Origin: Bacteroidales bacterium | GTDB lineage: Bacteria; Bacteroidota; Bacteroidia; Bacteroidales; DTU049 | Assembly (NCBI GenBank): GCA_026418905.1 | Contig: JAOAAK010000041.1 | Span: 20,619 to 84,618, forward strand | Direction of reading: 5' to 3' | Length of the DNA: 64,000 nt | In this document: positions 21,009 through 30,920 of the stretch, piece by piece | Layout of the letters: each line of letters opens with the position of its first letter | How positions within the stretch are numbered: position 1 is the first letter of the stretch | Position numbers and translations under genes: made by a program | Notes under the pieces: generated by a model | The model's database searches: none | Seen by the model: the letters and a program-made list of their open reading frames with translations, nothing else | What the model was told of the DNA's origin: nothing

Positions 21009-22312
21009 GATTTTGATATTTTTTGATCAATGATGTATATCAATCCACCAACAAGAAGAAGCCCCAGTCCTGCTAAAGATTCAGTAGGTCGCTCAACAAT
21101 CAAAAAAACAGCCATGGCAGCGTTAAACAACATAAAAAATAAAGTAGTCAAAGGATGACCGATTGTTCTTACGGCCGATGGAAATTTTAGCTTCTTATAT
21201 CGGACAATAAAAATCCCCATTACGGATAGAAAAGTAAATATATTTAAAGTAAATCCCGTAAAAGTAAGAAGATTTTCAAAATTGGTCAGAAGAATAAGGA
21301 TGGCACTGATAAGAGATTGAAAAAGCAATGCATATAGTGGTATTCCCTTTTGGGTTTTATAAGCAAGTTTTTTGAAAAGAAATATATCTTCACCCATGAC
21401 TTGTAAGACGCGTGGCCCAGTAAAAACCATGGAGCTTATAGAGGAAATAAGTAAAAGAGAAATAATAAGAGCCATTAATTTGCTGATATTTGGATTGAAA
21501 ATGTATTCAGCTGCAATGAAACCTATTTCTACCTCGCCTTTCAATTTTTCTAAAGGTGCTACTTGCATGAAAGTATAGTTCAATAGCAAATAGAGCAGCA
21601 TGACAAAACCAGTTCCTAGCACGAGCGAGCGTGGAAGCTGAGAACGAGGATTTTTCAGATCGTTTACAAAATAAGCTGAAGCATTCCATCCACTATAAGC
21701 ATAAGATACGTATATAAGGCTAACAAAGAAGCCGGCAGAAAAAATATCATTGAATAGATTGTCTAAAGTAATCGGATTGGTAGAATCCTGATTGGAAGGA
21801 GAGAACAATAATCCTGCTAGAATGAAAAATACAATGAAAAAGATTTTAAATAATGTAAAGCCATTTTGAAAACCACTACTTAAATTAATGGTACGCGAAT
21901 GAGCCAATGTAATGATCGCAAGAATAATCAATGCATACCATGTTGGAGTAAGATAAGGGAAGATCTGGTACAGATATTTTCCAAAAGCAATACACGCAAG
22001 TCCAACAGGGGCAGCAAAACCTATAGTTATGGAAGTCCATCCAGCTAAAAAGCCAAGTGAAGGATGGTATATTTGACGAAGAAAATTGTATTCACCACCA
22101 CTGCGTGGAAATAAAGTCCCTAGCTCCGCATAGGCAAAAGCTCCGAAAAGGGCAAGGATCCCTCCAATTAGCCAAAGCAAAAGGATGGTTACTGGATTGC
22201 TAAATACATTTAGTTGAAACCCCAGAGAAGTGAATACACCTGTACCAATCATGTTAGCTATGACAAAATTTGTGGCAGTGAGAAGATTTAAGCGAGATGT
22301 TCTTTCATTCAT
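21005..22312 (-). CDS. APC-superfamily amino acid permease
   Basis: About 12 hydrophobic segments. 'NMIGTGVFTSLG' and 'FAYAELGTLFPRSGGEYNF' are typical of APC transporters. Confidence 0.8.
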   Translation of the reverse strand: MNERTSRLNLLTATNFVIANMIGTGVFTSLGFQLNVFSNPVTILLLWLIGGILALFGAFAYAELGTLFPRSGGEYNFLRQIYHPSLGFLAGWTSITIGFAAPVGLACIAFGKYLYQIFPYLTPTWYALIILAIITLAHSRTINLSSGFQNGFTLFKIFFIVFFILAGLLFSPSNQDSTNPITLDNLFNDIFSAGFFVSLIYVSYAYSGWNASAYFVNDLKNPRSQLPRSLVLGTGFVMLLYLLLNYTFMQVAPLEKLKGEVEIGFIAAEYIFNPNISKLMALIISLLLISSISSMVFTGPRVLQVMGEDIFLFKKLAYKTQKGIPLYALLFQSLISAILILLTNFENLLTFTGFTLNIFTFLSVMGIFIVRYKKLKFPSAVRTIGHPLTTLFFMLFNAAMAVFLIVERPTESLAGLGLLLVGGLIYIIDQKISKS

Positions 22313-23250
22313 GATAAACTTTGATTTAATTGTTTGGCTTTTGTAAACATTTGGAAGTAATGGACAGGAGGAATTGCCATCATCACATCCATGGGATCAA
22401 TGGGCTTATCATGATACCATATTTCATAATGAAGATGAGGTCCATATGATATTCCAGAACTACCAACCAATCCAATTACTTCATTGGGCTTAATTTTCTG
22501 GTATAACTTTACTTTGCTTTCTAAGAGCTGAGCATAAATCGTTTTGAAGCCATTTTCATGGTCAATACAAACAACATTTCCGTATCCTATCATGTTCTGA
22601 GGTGGTGGAACAACAATTCCGCCGGCTGTGGCAAGTACAGGTGTACCTGCTCTAGCTGCAAAATCTACCCCGTTATGTTGGCGAACCATTTTGAAAATAG
22701 GATGTATACGTTTTCCATATCCACTGACAAGTGTATATTTTCCCTCGGGAAGAGGTATTCGAAGAGGCAATTTTTCTATTTTATCGTAATGTTTTTGGAT
22801 GTATATTGCAAGCAATTTCGCAACATATTCAATATATAGCCTGTTTTCAACTTTTGATAATCGGTTTTGGGTAAATGAAATCATGCTTTGCACATTTTGC
22901 ATAGAATCAGCAAATGAGGTCCACGAAGCTAATAAAATGGTATCGTATATGCTTTCTTCAAAAATTTCTTTTGTAACCATTGAATCGTATTGTTGTAAAA
23001 GCTTGAGCTTGGTAACGTAATGATGGTATTTTTCTTTGGTTCTATTAAGTGTATTTTCATATATTTCCAGCTGATTCAGTAGACTTCTTTGTTTGGGAGT
23101 TTCATAAAATGAAATGATTGCAATAAAAAATATAAAACCAAACCCCAAACTAGCGATGAAAACAATAAGAAGTGGAAGAAACCATTTGTTCTTTCCTTGC
23201 TTTTGATAATATTGGAGGTTTTCAACGTCAAAATGCCATTGTTTTTTCAT
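22309..23250 (-). CDS. Membrane-anchored M23 family metallopeptidase
   Basis: N-terminal TM helix and a coiled-coil-like middle region. 'QHNGVDFAARAGTPV' and 'GPHLHYEI'. Confidence 0.8.
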   Translation of the reverse strand: MKKQWHFDVENLQYYQKQGKNKWFLPLLIVFIASLGFGFIFFIAIISFYETPKQRSLLNQLEIYENTLNRTKEKYHHYVTKLKLLQQYDSMVTKEIFEESIYDTILLASWTSFADSMQNVQSMISFTQNRLSKVENRLYIEYVAKLLAIYIQKHYDKIEKLPLRIPLPEGKYTLVSGYGKRIHPIFKMVRQHNGVDFAARAGTPVLATAGGIVVPPPQNMIGYGNVVCIDHENGFKTIYAQLLESKVKLYQKIKPNEVIGLVGSSGISYGPHLHYEIWYHDKPIDPMDVMMAIPPVHYFQMFTKAKQLNQSLS

Positions 23251-23255
23251 AATAT

Positions 23256-23930
23256 TTACTCATTATATAGCACAACGGTAATTTCACCACGAATTTGTTT
23301 AGCTTTAAAGTAATTGAGTGCATCCATAACAGATCCTCTGAAAAATTCTTCATACTTTTTGGTGACTTCTCTACCTACACAAATGGGGGTGGAGCCACAG
23401 AAAATATGAGCAATTTCTTCCAATAATTTTAATAGTCGATGCGGGGATTCGTAAAATACAATAGTAGTATTTTTCAATTGAGATAAGAATAACAATCTTT
23501 GTTTTCTCCCCTTTTTATGAGGTAAAAAGCCCTCAAAGTAAAATCTTTGGATGGGCAATCCACTGCCTACTAAAACAGGTATAAAGGCCACCGGCCCAGG
23601 AAGTACTTCGACATTAATTTTTTCTTCTATACAGGCTTTGATGATGAGATATCCCGGATCACTAATTCCAGGAGTTCCAGCATCAGACACTAAAGCTACA
23701 TGTTCTTTCTCTTTAATAATAGAAATGAGATGATCTAAGCGGCGATGTTCATTTTCTTTATGATAGGAAATCATAGGTGGAGGAGAAAGATGCAAAAGTT
23801 TAAGAAGTTTGCTTGTTTGTCGTGTATCTTCGCAAACAACAAGGTTTGCATTTTGCAAAGTTTCTATAGCTCTCAGAGTGATATCCTTGAGATTACCAAT
23901 AGGTACAGGTACAACACTCAGCTTGGCCAT
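23256..23930 (-). CDS. rsmI: 16S rRNA (cytidine1402-2'-O)-methyltransferase
   Basis: 'LSVVPVPIGNLKDITLRAIETLQ..VVCEDTR', 'SDAGTPGISDPG', 'ESPHRL'. The start was trimmed to ATG 23930, just after the upstream stop. Confidence 0.85.
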   Translation of the reverse strand: MAKLSVVPVPIGNLKDITLRAIETLQNANLVVCEDTRQTSKLLKLLHLSPPPMISYHKENEHRRLDHLISIIKEKEHVALVSDAGTPGISDPGYLIIKACIEEKINVEVLPGPVAFIPVLVGSGLPIQRFYFEGFLPHKKGRKQRLLFLSQLKNTTIVFYESPHRLLKLLEEIAHIFCGSTPICVGREVTKKYEEFFRGSVMDALNYFKAKQIRGEITVVLYNE

Positions 23931-23931
23931 C

Positions 23932-25200
23932 TTAAAGGGAATAAATAAAATCAATCAATAACTTAAAAACTTGTTCGTATTTAGTGAAAGGCAAAGGTGG
24001 TTTGTCTTGAACTTGATGATAAAAAGGGTGTTCACCTCCCATGGTATAGATGAAAAAAGAGGGTATCCCCTTTTTCGCAAAAGGAGCATGGTCGCTGTTA
24101 AAAGATTCACCACGTAACTGAATATTAGGAACATATTGATATTTTTCGTTCAATTCTGTGAGGATTTTAGCATAGTTTGAAAATGTTGTGCCGTTTACTA
24201 CGCCAATTCCCTGACTACCTGTGCCAACCATATCGAGGTTGATGACAAATTTAATTTGACTAAGTGGTATTGGGGGATCCTGGACAAATTTAATACTTCC
24301 TTTTAGGCCGGCTTCTTCTCCAGCAAAGGCTACAAAACCCATAGAATATCTGGGTCTAAACATGTTTTCTTTGATGGTTCTTGCTATATCAAGCATCATG
24401 GCAACACCGCTTGCATTATCGTTAGCTCCCGGATAGGCTGCTGTGTCAAGTTTACCAAGATGATCATAATGGGCAACTATTAGGATTAAAGAATCGGCAA
24501 ACTCTCGGCCTTGAACGTAACCCATAATGTTTTTGGCTGTGTAATTTATCCTGGATGAGACTAAATCAATGGTAACATATTTTAATTTTTTTTCATTGTT
24601 TATCCATTTTTTTACAATGGTAGGGGAAAGCTGGAGGAGAGGGTGAGCAAAACTTGGTTCATACTGGACAATATGAGCAATGAAATAATTAGTGTCCATG
24701 ACAAGAATGCCTTCGCAATGTTGAAGAAGATTTCCCCACGAAGTTCTTAATTTCTTTTTTTTCTCGTCGTTTAATTGGTAAGCTGGTATAATGACAAAAC
24801 GATTTCGAGCTCTTCGTGGTAGCTTGAAAATAGTATCTTTGGGATTGTAGACCCATGTTTTAAATGTACCTTTCTGATTTGAGCTAAGGGCTGAAACATT
24901 AAATTCATGAGCTGGAATAAGGGTGTCTTGTTTATTGAGAATAAGTTTTGCCTTAGGAAAAAAGTTAACTTCGTAAGTTACATTTTGAAAATAATCTTTG
25001 TGCAACGGACGTATGTCAAAACGTTTGAATTCTCCAGCTATAAAATAAGCTGCACTGTCTATTTCTGCATTTGTATAGCCGCGACCACGCATAGGGTCAG
25101 AACAAAGCTTTTTGACTACCCATTGTGCGTATGTCACATCCTGTGAATAATAAATGAATCTAAAAAGCAAAAAAGAAAGAGCAAATATCAATCTCATCAT
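23932..25200 (-). CDS. M28 family aminopeptidase
   Basis: 'AHYDHLG', 'GANDNASGVAMMLDIA', 'FAGEEAGLKGS', 'NLDMVG', plus a signal peptide. Confidence 0.8.
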   Translation of the reverse strand: MMRLIFALSFLLFRFIYYSQDVTYAQWVVKKLCSDPMRGRGYTNAEIDSAAYFIAGEFKRFDIRPLHKDYFQNVTYEVNFFPKAKLILNKQDTLIPAHEFNVSALSSNQKGTFKTWVYNPKDTIFKLPRRARNRFVIIPAYQLNDEKKKKLRTSWGNLLQHCEGILVMDTNYFIAHIVQYEPSFAHPLLQLSPTIVKKWINNEKKLKYVTIDLVSSRINYTAKNIMGYVQGREFADSLILIVAHYDHLGKLDTAAYPGANDNASGVAMMLDIARTIKENMFRPRYSMGFVAFAGEEAGLKGSIKFVQDPPIPLSQIKFVINLDMVGTGSQGIGVVNGTTFSNYAKILTELNEKYQYVPNIQLRGESFNSDHAPFAKKGIPSFFIYTMGGEHPFYHQVQDKPPLPFTKYEQVFKLLIDFIYSL

Positions 25201-25961
25201 TTGAACCTTCTTTGTATGTATTTAAATAAAAGTGAACTTACACTTTCTTCCAGGTTAGGTACTTTTTGCTCGAGAAAATTTTTGGCATACTCCATGGCGT
25301 GTTCAAAATTAGGAGCATCTTCAAGATGAGTTATGAAACGTTCGTATTCTCCCACGTTGTTTTTAAAAATGGATTGGATAAACATAAATTTATCATTGAG
25401 ACTTATTTCGGTTTTTAAGTTTTTAATAGGTCTGTCAATTTTGCTTTCAGTGGTTTGTCTTTGTTTGGCTAAATGTTCGTTGATGGCTTTATATCTGCCA
25501 AGGTATTTTTCAGCAAGGATCTGTGCTTCTTGCGAAGATTCCTTAGTTTTCGTACCTTCTTCTGAAATAGATTGAGGGGGTAAAACCATATCGTTTTGAG
25601 GGATAACCGTTGTAGTTGGAGTAGCTGAAAATGAAGTCGATTCGACATTCTTAGATTGTATTTCAGGAGCAATGGGTTCATGTGTTGTTGTGCTTATAGA
25701 TTGGTCCGAAGTAAATGATTGCTTAATTTGATTCTTTTGAACTGATTCGTCATTGGCTAAATTCGAAAGTTGCTGATTGAGCCATTGTTGATTATACTTG
25801 TTTAATTGGTGAACCTCATCATAAAGATGTCGGATTTGCTCCATAAGGTAATCGATATCAAGCTGTCGATATGGAAATGATGAGCGCGAGAGATGGGAGA
25901 TAATTTCTGTAATATTTTCCAGTATACCTACCATGTTTTCATGAATAATTTTATCCTGCAT
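25197..25961 (-). CDS. Hypothetical protein (helical ends, Ser/Thr/Gln-rich low-complexity centre)
   Basis: Long ORF with an ATGA overlap onto the downstream gene. No motif recognised. Confidence 0.5.
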   Translation of the reverse strand: MQDKIIHENMVGILENITEIISHLSRSSFPYRQLDIDYLMEQIRHLYDEVHQLNKYNQQWLNQQLSNLANDESVQKNQIKQSFTSDQSISTTTHEPIAPEIQSKNVESTSFSATPTTTVIPQNDMVLPPQSISEEGTKTKESSQEAQILAEKYLGRYKAINEHLAKQRQTTESKIDRPIKNLKTEISLNDKFMFIQSIFKNNVGEYERFITHLEDAPNFEHAMEYAKNFLEQKVPNLEESVSSLLFKYIQRRFK

Positions 25962-26015
25962 AATAGAACTATGTATTTTTGTACAAAAGTAGTATTTTTT
26001 CCAAAGCTTTTTCCT

Positions 26016-26588
26016 ATGCTAGAGAAAAAGGTTATTAATCAGAAGAAGGGATGGATTGAAGTTATTTGTGGTTCGATGTTTTCAGGGAAAACGGAAGAAC
26101 TCATACGACGACTCAAGCGAGCCAAAATTGCTCGTCAAACGGTAGCTATTTTTAAACCAGCTATTGATACACGATACGACGAGACAAATATAGTTTCGCA
26201 TGATGAACAATCCATTCCAAGCACACCAGTGGAAAGTGCTGGTAATATCATGATTCTTGGGGATGGTTATGATGTAGTAGGAATCGATGAAGCTCAATTC
26301 TTCGATGATTACCTAATAGAAGTCTGTAATTACCTAGCCAATCGAGGGTCGCGTGTAATAGTGGCAGGTCTTGACATGGATTATCTTGGAAAACCATTTG
26401 GACCGATGCCTTATCTCTTAGCGATTGCAGAGTATGTAACTAAATTACATGCCATTTGCGTTGGTTGCGGAAACACAGCCCATTATTCTTATCGTTTAGT
26501 TTCCAACGACAAAACTATTTTGCTTGGTGAAAAAGATATATATCAACCTCTTTGCAGAGATTGTTATGTTGAGTCGATGAAAAAATGA
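26016..26588 (+). CDS. tdk: Thymidine kinase
   Basis: P-loop '[14 protein letters not shown]', 'IDEAQFF', and C-terminal zinc ribbon 'CVGCG..A' / 'LCRDCY'. The start was trimmed to ATG 26016 ('[17 protein letters not shown]'). Confidence 0.9.
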   Translation: MLEKKVINQKKGWIEVICGSMFSGKTEELIRRLKRAKIARQTVAIFKPAIDTRYDETNIVSHDEQSIPSTPVESAGNIMILGDGYDVVGIDEAQFFDDYLIEVCNYLANRGSRVIVAGLDMDYLGKPFGPMPYLLAIAEYVTKLHAICVGCGNTAHYSYRLVSNDKTILLGEKDIYQPLCRDCYVESMKK

Positions 26589-26589
26589 A

Positions 26590-26940
26590 TTAGTGAATAA
26601 AAACGCTTTTGGTAACGGTTTTACCTTTTTCAAGGCGAATAGAAGTTTCTCCGTAAAGCATACCATTTGAAGTTTGGGTCGAATCGAGCCAAGCCTGGAC
26701 ATCAAGAATTGCTTCGTGGTCGAAAACGTGTTCAAATTTTCCTTTTTCATCAGCGACACCTTCGACGTTGATGTCGTATTTTATGAGCCTAACATGAGCG
26801 AAAGGAGCTACTTTCGTAGTATCTGATAAATACTTAACGTAAATCACAGCTTTGGTTTCTCCTTCTTTATTGCATGAAAAGATGAAGAATGATATAATTC
26901 CTAATAATATAATTACTGATATGAGGACAATTCTTTTCAT
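26590..26940 (-). CDS. Small hypothetical lipoprotein
   Basis: 'MKRIVLISVIILLGIISFFIFSC' signal/lipobox after trimming to ATG 26940. Confidence 0.45.
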   Translation of the reverse strand: MKRIVLISVIILLGIISFFIFSCNKEGETKAVIYVKYLSDTTKVAPFAHVRLIKYDINVEGVADEKGKFEHVFDHEAILDVQAWLDSTQTSNGMLYGETSIRLEKGKTVTKSVFIH

Positions 26941-26981
26941 ATACCTACAACTTATTTGCAAATATAATTTTTTTTTAAAAA

Positions 26982-27455
26982 TTATTTTCTTAAAGTAGCA
27001 ATTAAACGTCGTGGCTCTATCAATGCATTCAGAGCTTCCGTGATGCTACGGAAAATAACATCAGCAACTTGAATAGCTTCTACGAAAACCCCTTCTTCTT
27101 GAACGAGAGCTAGACTTAATTCGGCTTCTTTTAGCATAAGAACATCATTGGCACCATTTCCAATAGCCACACAATGATCTGCACCAAGTTCGTGAATATA
27201 TTTTAGTTTTTGTTCTTGTTGATTCACTTCATCTGATAACAAGACTAACTTAACCGGACAATTTTGAAGTTCTGATGCTGCTAATCCAAAAGTATCAGCT
27301 GTAATGACATGTAACGATACAAGTTTTGATAATTGGTATAACAATTCTTTGAGGCCAGGATACATTCTTCCATCTTTGGCTAACGTTCCGTTGTAATCCA
27401 TGACAACATGTTCGATGTCAAATTTTCCACGACCTGGAACAAAAAAAGAAATCAT
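26982..27455 (-). CDS. HAD-superfamily hydrolase resembling an isolated P-type-ATPase phosphorylation domain
   Basis: 'VVMDYNGTLA' (nucleophile Asp), 'ITADT', 'GNGANDVLMLKEA'. Length is 157 aa. Confidence 0.6.
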   Translation of the reverse strand: MISFFVPGRGKFDIEHVVMDYNGTLAKDGRMYPGLKELLYQLSKLVSLHVITADTFGLAASELQNCPVKLVLLSDEVNQQEQKLKYIHELGADHCVAIGNGANDVLMLKEAELSLALVQEEGVFVEAIQVADVIFRSITEALNALIEPRRLIATLRK

Positions 27456-27520
27456 TTTTTTTCAAAAGTATAAAACTCTACCAAATCGACAGATAAAATG
27501 AATGATTTAATTTTGCGAAA

Positions 27521-28144
27521 ATGAAATTTGTAGATATTCATACGCATTTAAAAACAGATACTGAAGACGATCTAGTTAGGATAATAAGCTATTATCAAAC
27601 ACCATCGGTGGAACCTTCTGATTTTTTTAGCATCGGCATTCATCCGTGGTATTTAAATGAACACTTAGATGAAAAATGGTTTATTCATCCTTTGTGTGTA
27701 GCCATTGGTGAATGCGGACTAGATAAGGTTCGTTCATCTTTTTCTATAGAAGATCAGCAGAAAGTTTTTCATCAACATCTTGTTTATGCTCAATATCACA
27801 AAAAGCCTGTCATATTACATGTTGTTAGAGCCTATGTAGAGCTTATGAACAGCATCAAACAATTTCCCCATTTGATATACATCTGGCATGGATTCGGTGG
27901 AAACTATGAACTTTTTAAACAATTCGAAAAATTTAACATGTTTGTATCTTTTGGTTTTAGAGGAGCTAAGAACTTAGGCTGGAAGCAAATTCCCATCGAT
28001 AGGGTATTGATGGAAACAGACGATTCTTCGAAAAAGATCCAGGATGTATATCTTACTTATGCTAAAATTACAGGTTATTCTCTGGATTTTGTTATTGAAA
28101 AAGTTTATCATAATGCAGAAAGAGCTTTGGGAAGATTGGTGTGA
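27521..28144 (+). CDS. TatD-family metal-dependent hydrolase
   Basis: 'VDIHTHL', 'IGECGLD', 'PVILHVV', 'WHGFGG', 'LMETDDS'. Confidence 0.75.
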   Translation: MKFVDIHTHLKTDTEDDLVRIISYYQTPSVEPSDFFSIGIHPWYLNEHLDEKWFIHPLCVAIGECGLDKVRSSFSIEDQQKVFHQHLVYAQYHKKPVILHVVRAYVELMNSIKQFPHLIYIWHGFGGNYELFKQFEKFNMFVSFGFRGAKNLGWKQIPIDRVLMETDDSSKKIQDVYLTYAKITGYSLDFVIEKVYHNAERALGRLV

Positions 28145-28844
28145 ACGTACGTTTTTATTGTTGGGTAGGGAAAGTGTGGAAAAATTGCATGACGTTCACG
28201 TGCTAGTGGCAGGTTTGGGTGGGGTAGGTGGAATGGTAGTGGAATCACTTTGTCGAGCGGGTATTGGGCATTTTACTTTGGTAGATGCCGATGTTATTCA
28301 CTCGTCCAATATAAATAGACAAATCATTGCTACCACCAAAAACATAGGTGTACTGAAGGTCAAAGCTTGGCAACAAAGAATTCTAGAAATCAACCCCTCA
28401 TGCAAAGTCCAGACATACACGTGGTTTTTAAAAGACGAAAAAATACCTCAAATTCTTGATCAACATTATGATTTTGTGGTTGACTGCATCGATACACTTG
28501 CGCCTAAAACTTTTTTATTGTATCATACATGTCAGCGAAAATACAAAGTCATATCAAGTTTAGGAAGCGGAGGTAGAATAGATCCCATGTCTGTTCGAAT
28601 AGGTGATATTTCCGAAACTTCTAACGACCGACTTGGTTATTATCTTCGGAAAAGATTGCATAAGCTAGGGATTTATAGAGGCATACCAGTTGTTTATTCG
28701 AAAGAACCTATTCGAAATCAGAGTATATTATCTAAGGACATCACACAAACTCCACAATCCATAGTGGGAACCATTTCCTACATGCCCATGGTTTTTGGTC
28801 TTTTCATGAGCAGCTACATCATTCGAAGTCTTTTAGATTTATAG
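28113..28844 (+). CDS. tcdA: tRNA threonylcarbamoyladenosine dehydratase (ThiF/E1-like, TcdA family)
   Basis: 'ERTFLLLGRESVEKL..VLVAGLGGVGG', 'LVDADVIHSSNINRQ', 'DCIDT'. The start was trimmed to ATG 28113. It overlaps the tatD-like gene by 32 nt. Confidence 0.7.
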   Translation: MQKELWEDWCERTFLLLGRESVEKLHDVHVLVAGLGGVGGMVVESLCRAGIGHFTLVDADVIHSSNINRQIIATTKNIGVLKVKAWQQRILEINPSCKVQTYTWFLKDEKIPQILDQHYDFVVDCIDTLAPKTFLLYHTCQRKYKVISSLGSGGRIDPMSVRIGDISETSNDRLGYYLRKRLHKLGIYRGIPVVYSKEPIRNQSILSKDITQTPQSIVGTISYMPMVFGLFMSSYIIRSLLDL

Positions 28845-28845
28845 C

Positions 28846-30876
28846 TTATTGATAATGCTCAATAGCTTCTTCTATGGCCTCGAGAAGGGGATCGATGGAT
28901 ATTTTTTTACCGGTAGCTTGAAGCATCCATACTTGGGGCGTAAGCCTACCTTGTGAGAAGACTCGTATAATTTCTTTAGCAAAAGGCTTTCCTTTAAAAG
29001 CATTTTCTAGCTGGAATTCAATGATATGTCCAATGGGATAGGCGGAAAGGTAGAGAGGATCAGCAATCATGTGGCTGTAAATTGCTAATATAGGTTGATC
29101 TTTAATGTTAAAAACTGGTGCGTAATATTGATTCCACACATCTATAGCGATTTTAACAACAGCATTTTTGAGTTCTTCAGCTGTAGCTTCGGGATTTTCG
29201 TATAACCATTTCCAAGTACGTATATCTACTAGGCTAACCCCCATAATTTCATAAAGCGACCAGGCTAGTTGCAATACTTCGGCTTCGCTGGAAGCAGAAA
29301 TAGGTTTGCCAAGGAGAATTAAATCTCGTCGTTGAAACATAAATGCTAAAGCTTCGGTAAAAGCTGTATTAGGTACACCAGCTAAGATGTAATGAGGAAC
29401 ATAATGAAGCGAAATGGTTTGCTCGACGTTATGGCCTAACTCATGGATAGCAATGTTATAACCTTTGTATAGCATACCCGTTGAGGGTATACGAGTTCGT
29501 AGATGACTAACGTCAGACCTCATTTGGGCTCCCCATGCATGACCGCTTCCACGAGCTGGTTCGACAACAATTTTATTGCCAATAAATTGAGCATCTTTAT
29601 CAGGAAAACCCAATTGTTTCAACATGCGAGGTATGTCTTTCTGGAATGTCAAATTGTTTGGATAAAGCTTTTGAGTGAGCTTATCGAGTTCGTCTTCGGG
29701 AAGAGAGGTTTTATCAACAAACTGATTGAACCATATGTCGAATGGTCGAAGTTTTCTATTCAGTTTTTTTTCAATGATTTGAGCCATTTTTTTCATCAGC
29801 GGATGTGAAATAAATTGCACGAATAGTTTTTCCACCTCATCGCAATTCATTTCCATTTCATGGTCAAATTTTCTCGTAATGGCAGAAGGATAGTAAGTAT
29901 AGTAGGGATCTAAAGCCTTTTGAGTATGAAATATTCGAAGGAGACATTCGTATCTTTTATTAGGCTCAGGTGAAGGCTGAATAACTTCGTTGTTTTCAAT
30001 GATGACATTTTTTTCAGGTTGCCAGATATGGGTTGAATCGTTAATAACTTTTTCTGGTATGGTTTGACGAATAATATGAAGCATGACCTGATAAATGATT
30101 TCTTGTTTTTCTAAACCATTAACTTGGTCAGCGTAAAGAGCTTTAATTTCGTCTCGAAGTCCCCAGTGGGACAAGAGCATTTTGTCTTTGGGAAATAAGA
30201 ACTTACCCTTTGAGTTCTGGATTTTTCCCATATAAATGTTATAGGACGAGATGTAGTTTTCAGCTTCAGTGATTGCCTGAGATGCTTGAAGTTGCAATTC
30301 AGCAGGTACACGACTGATAAATAAATCAGCCATCCGTGCAAACGCCCACTTGCGTGCATCCCATTCTAAACCTAACTTGTTTTTTTCTTCTAAAGAATAA
30401 TGGGAGAAGTTAAGAAGTACTACAAAAGCAATTTTGGTTTTAAACATATCCTCATTAAAATGTGATGTAACGTCATAACCTGCAAACATTTGATCAATAG
30501 TGGTAAGTTCTCCTCGAGGTTCGTGGAGATATCTGTTGTTTTCAATGGTCAGAGCATTGTAGTATCCAAATATATTTTCGAAGTAGAAATTTAGTCTGGC
30601 GAAGAGAGTATCCAAATTTTTCCCTGTGGTAAAATTGTCCAAACAAAACTGTTCAAAATCTTTTTCATTTCCATCTGATGATGTCCAAAAACGAGCTACT
30701 TGTTGAACACCTTTCTGAATTCTTTCTTTTTCAGACTCACCATATTTCATCATCAACTGACTTATAACATTTTGTTGCATCTTATCACTGATCCAAGGTT
30801 TTCTTTCTTTTTCTTTCTGGCAGGCCATGAAAAATATCAAATTTAAAATAAGAATCAAGAAACGGTATTTTTTCAT
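28846..30876 (-). CDS. HExxH zinc metallopeptidase-like lipoprotein (family unresolved)
   Basis: 'MKKYRFLILILNLIFFMAC' lipobox, 'IAIHELGHNVEQ' and a downstream 'TEALAFMF' Glu. Length is 676 aa. Confidence 0.5.
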   Translation of the reverse strand: MKKYRFLILILNLIFFMACQKEKERKPWISDKMQQNVISQLMMKYGESEKERIQKGVQQVARFWTSSDGNEKDFEQFCLDNFTTGKNLDTLFARLNFYFENIFGYYNALTIENNRYLHEPRGELTTIDQMFAGYDVTSHFNEDMFKTKIAFVVLLNFSHYSLEEKNKLGLEWDARKWAFARMADLFISRVPAELQLQASQAITEAENYISSYNIYMGKIQNSKGKFLFPKDKMLLSHWGLRDEIKALYADQVNGLEKQEIIYQVMLHIIRQTIPEKVINDSTHIWQPEKNVIIENNEVIQPSPEPNKRYECLLRIFHTQKALDPYYTYYPSAITRKFDHEMEMNCDEVEKLFVQFISHPLMKKMAQIIEKKLNRKLRPFDIWFNQFVDKTSLPEDELDKLTQKLYPNNLTFQKDIPRMLKQLGFPDKDAQFIGNKIVVEPARGSGHAWGAQMRSDVSHLRTRIPSTGMLYKGYNIAIHELGHNVEQTISLHYVPHYILAGVPNTAFTEALAFMFQRRDLILLGKPISASSEAEVLQLAWSLYEIMGVSLVDIRTWKWLYENPEATAEELKNAVVKIAIDVWNQYYAPVFNIKDQPILAIYSHMIADPLYLSAYPIGHIIEFQLENAFKGKPFAKEIIRVFSQGRLTPQVWMLQATGKKISIDPLLEAIEEAIEHYQ

Positions 30877-30920
30877 AATTTTAATTTTTTTTCAAACATA
30901 ATAATTTTGAGAAAAGCAAT

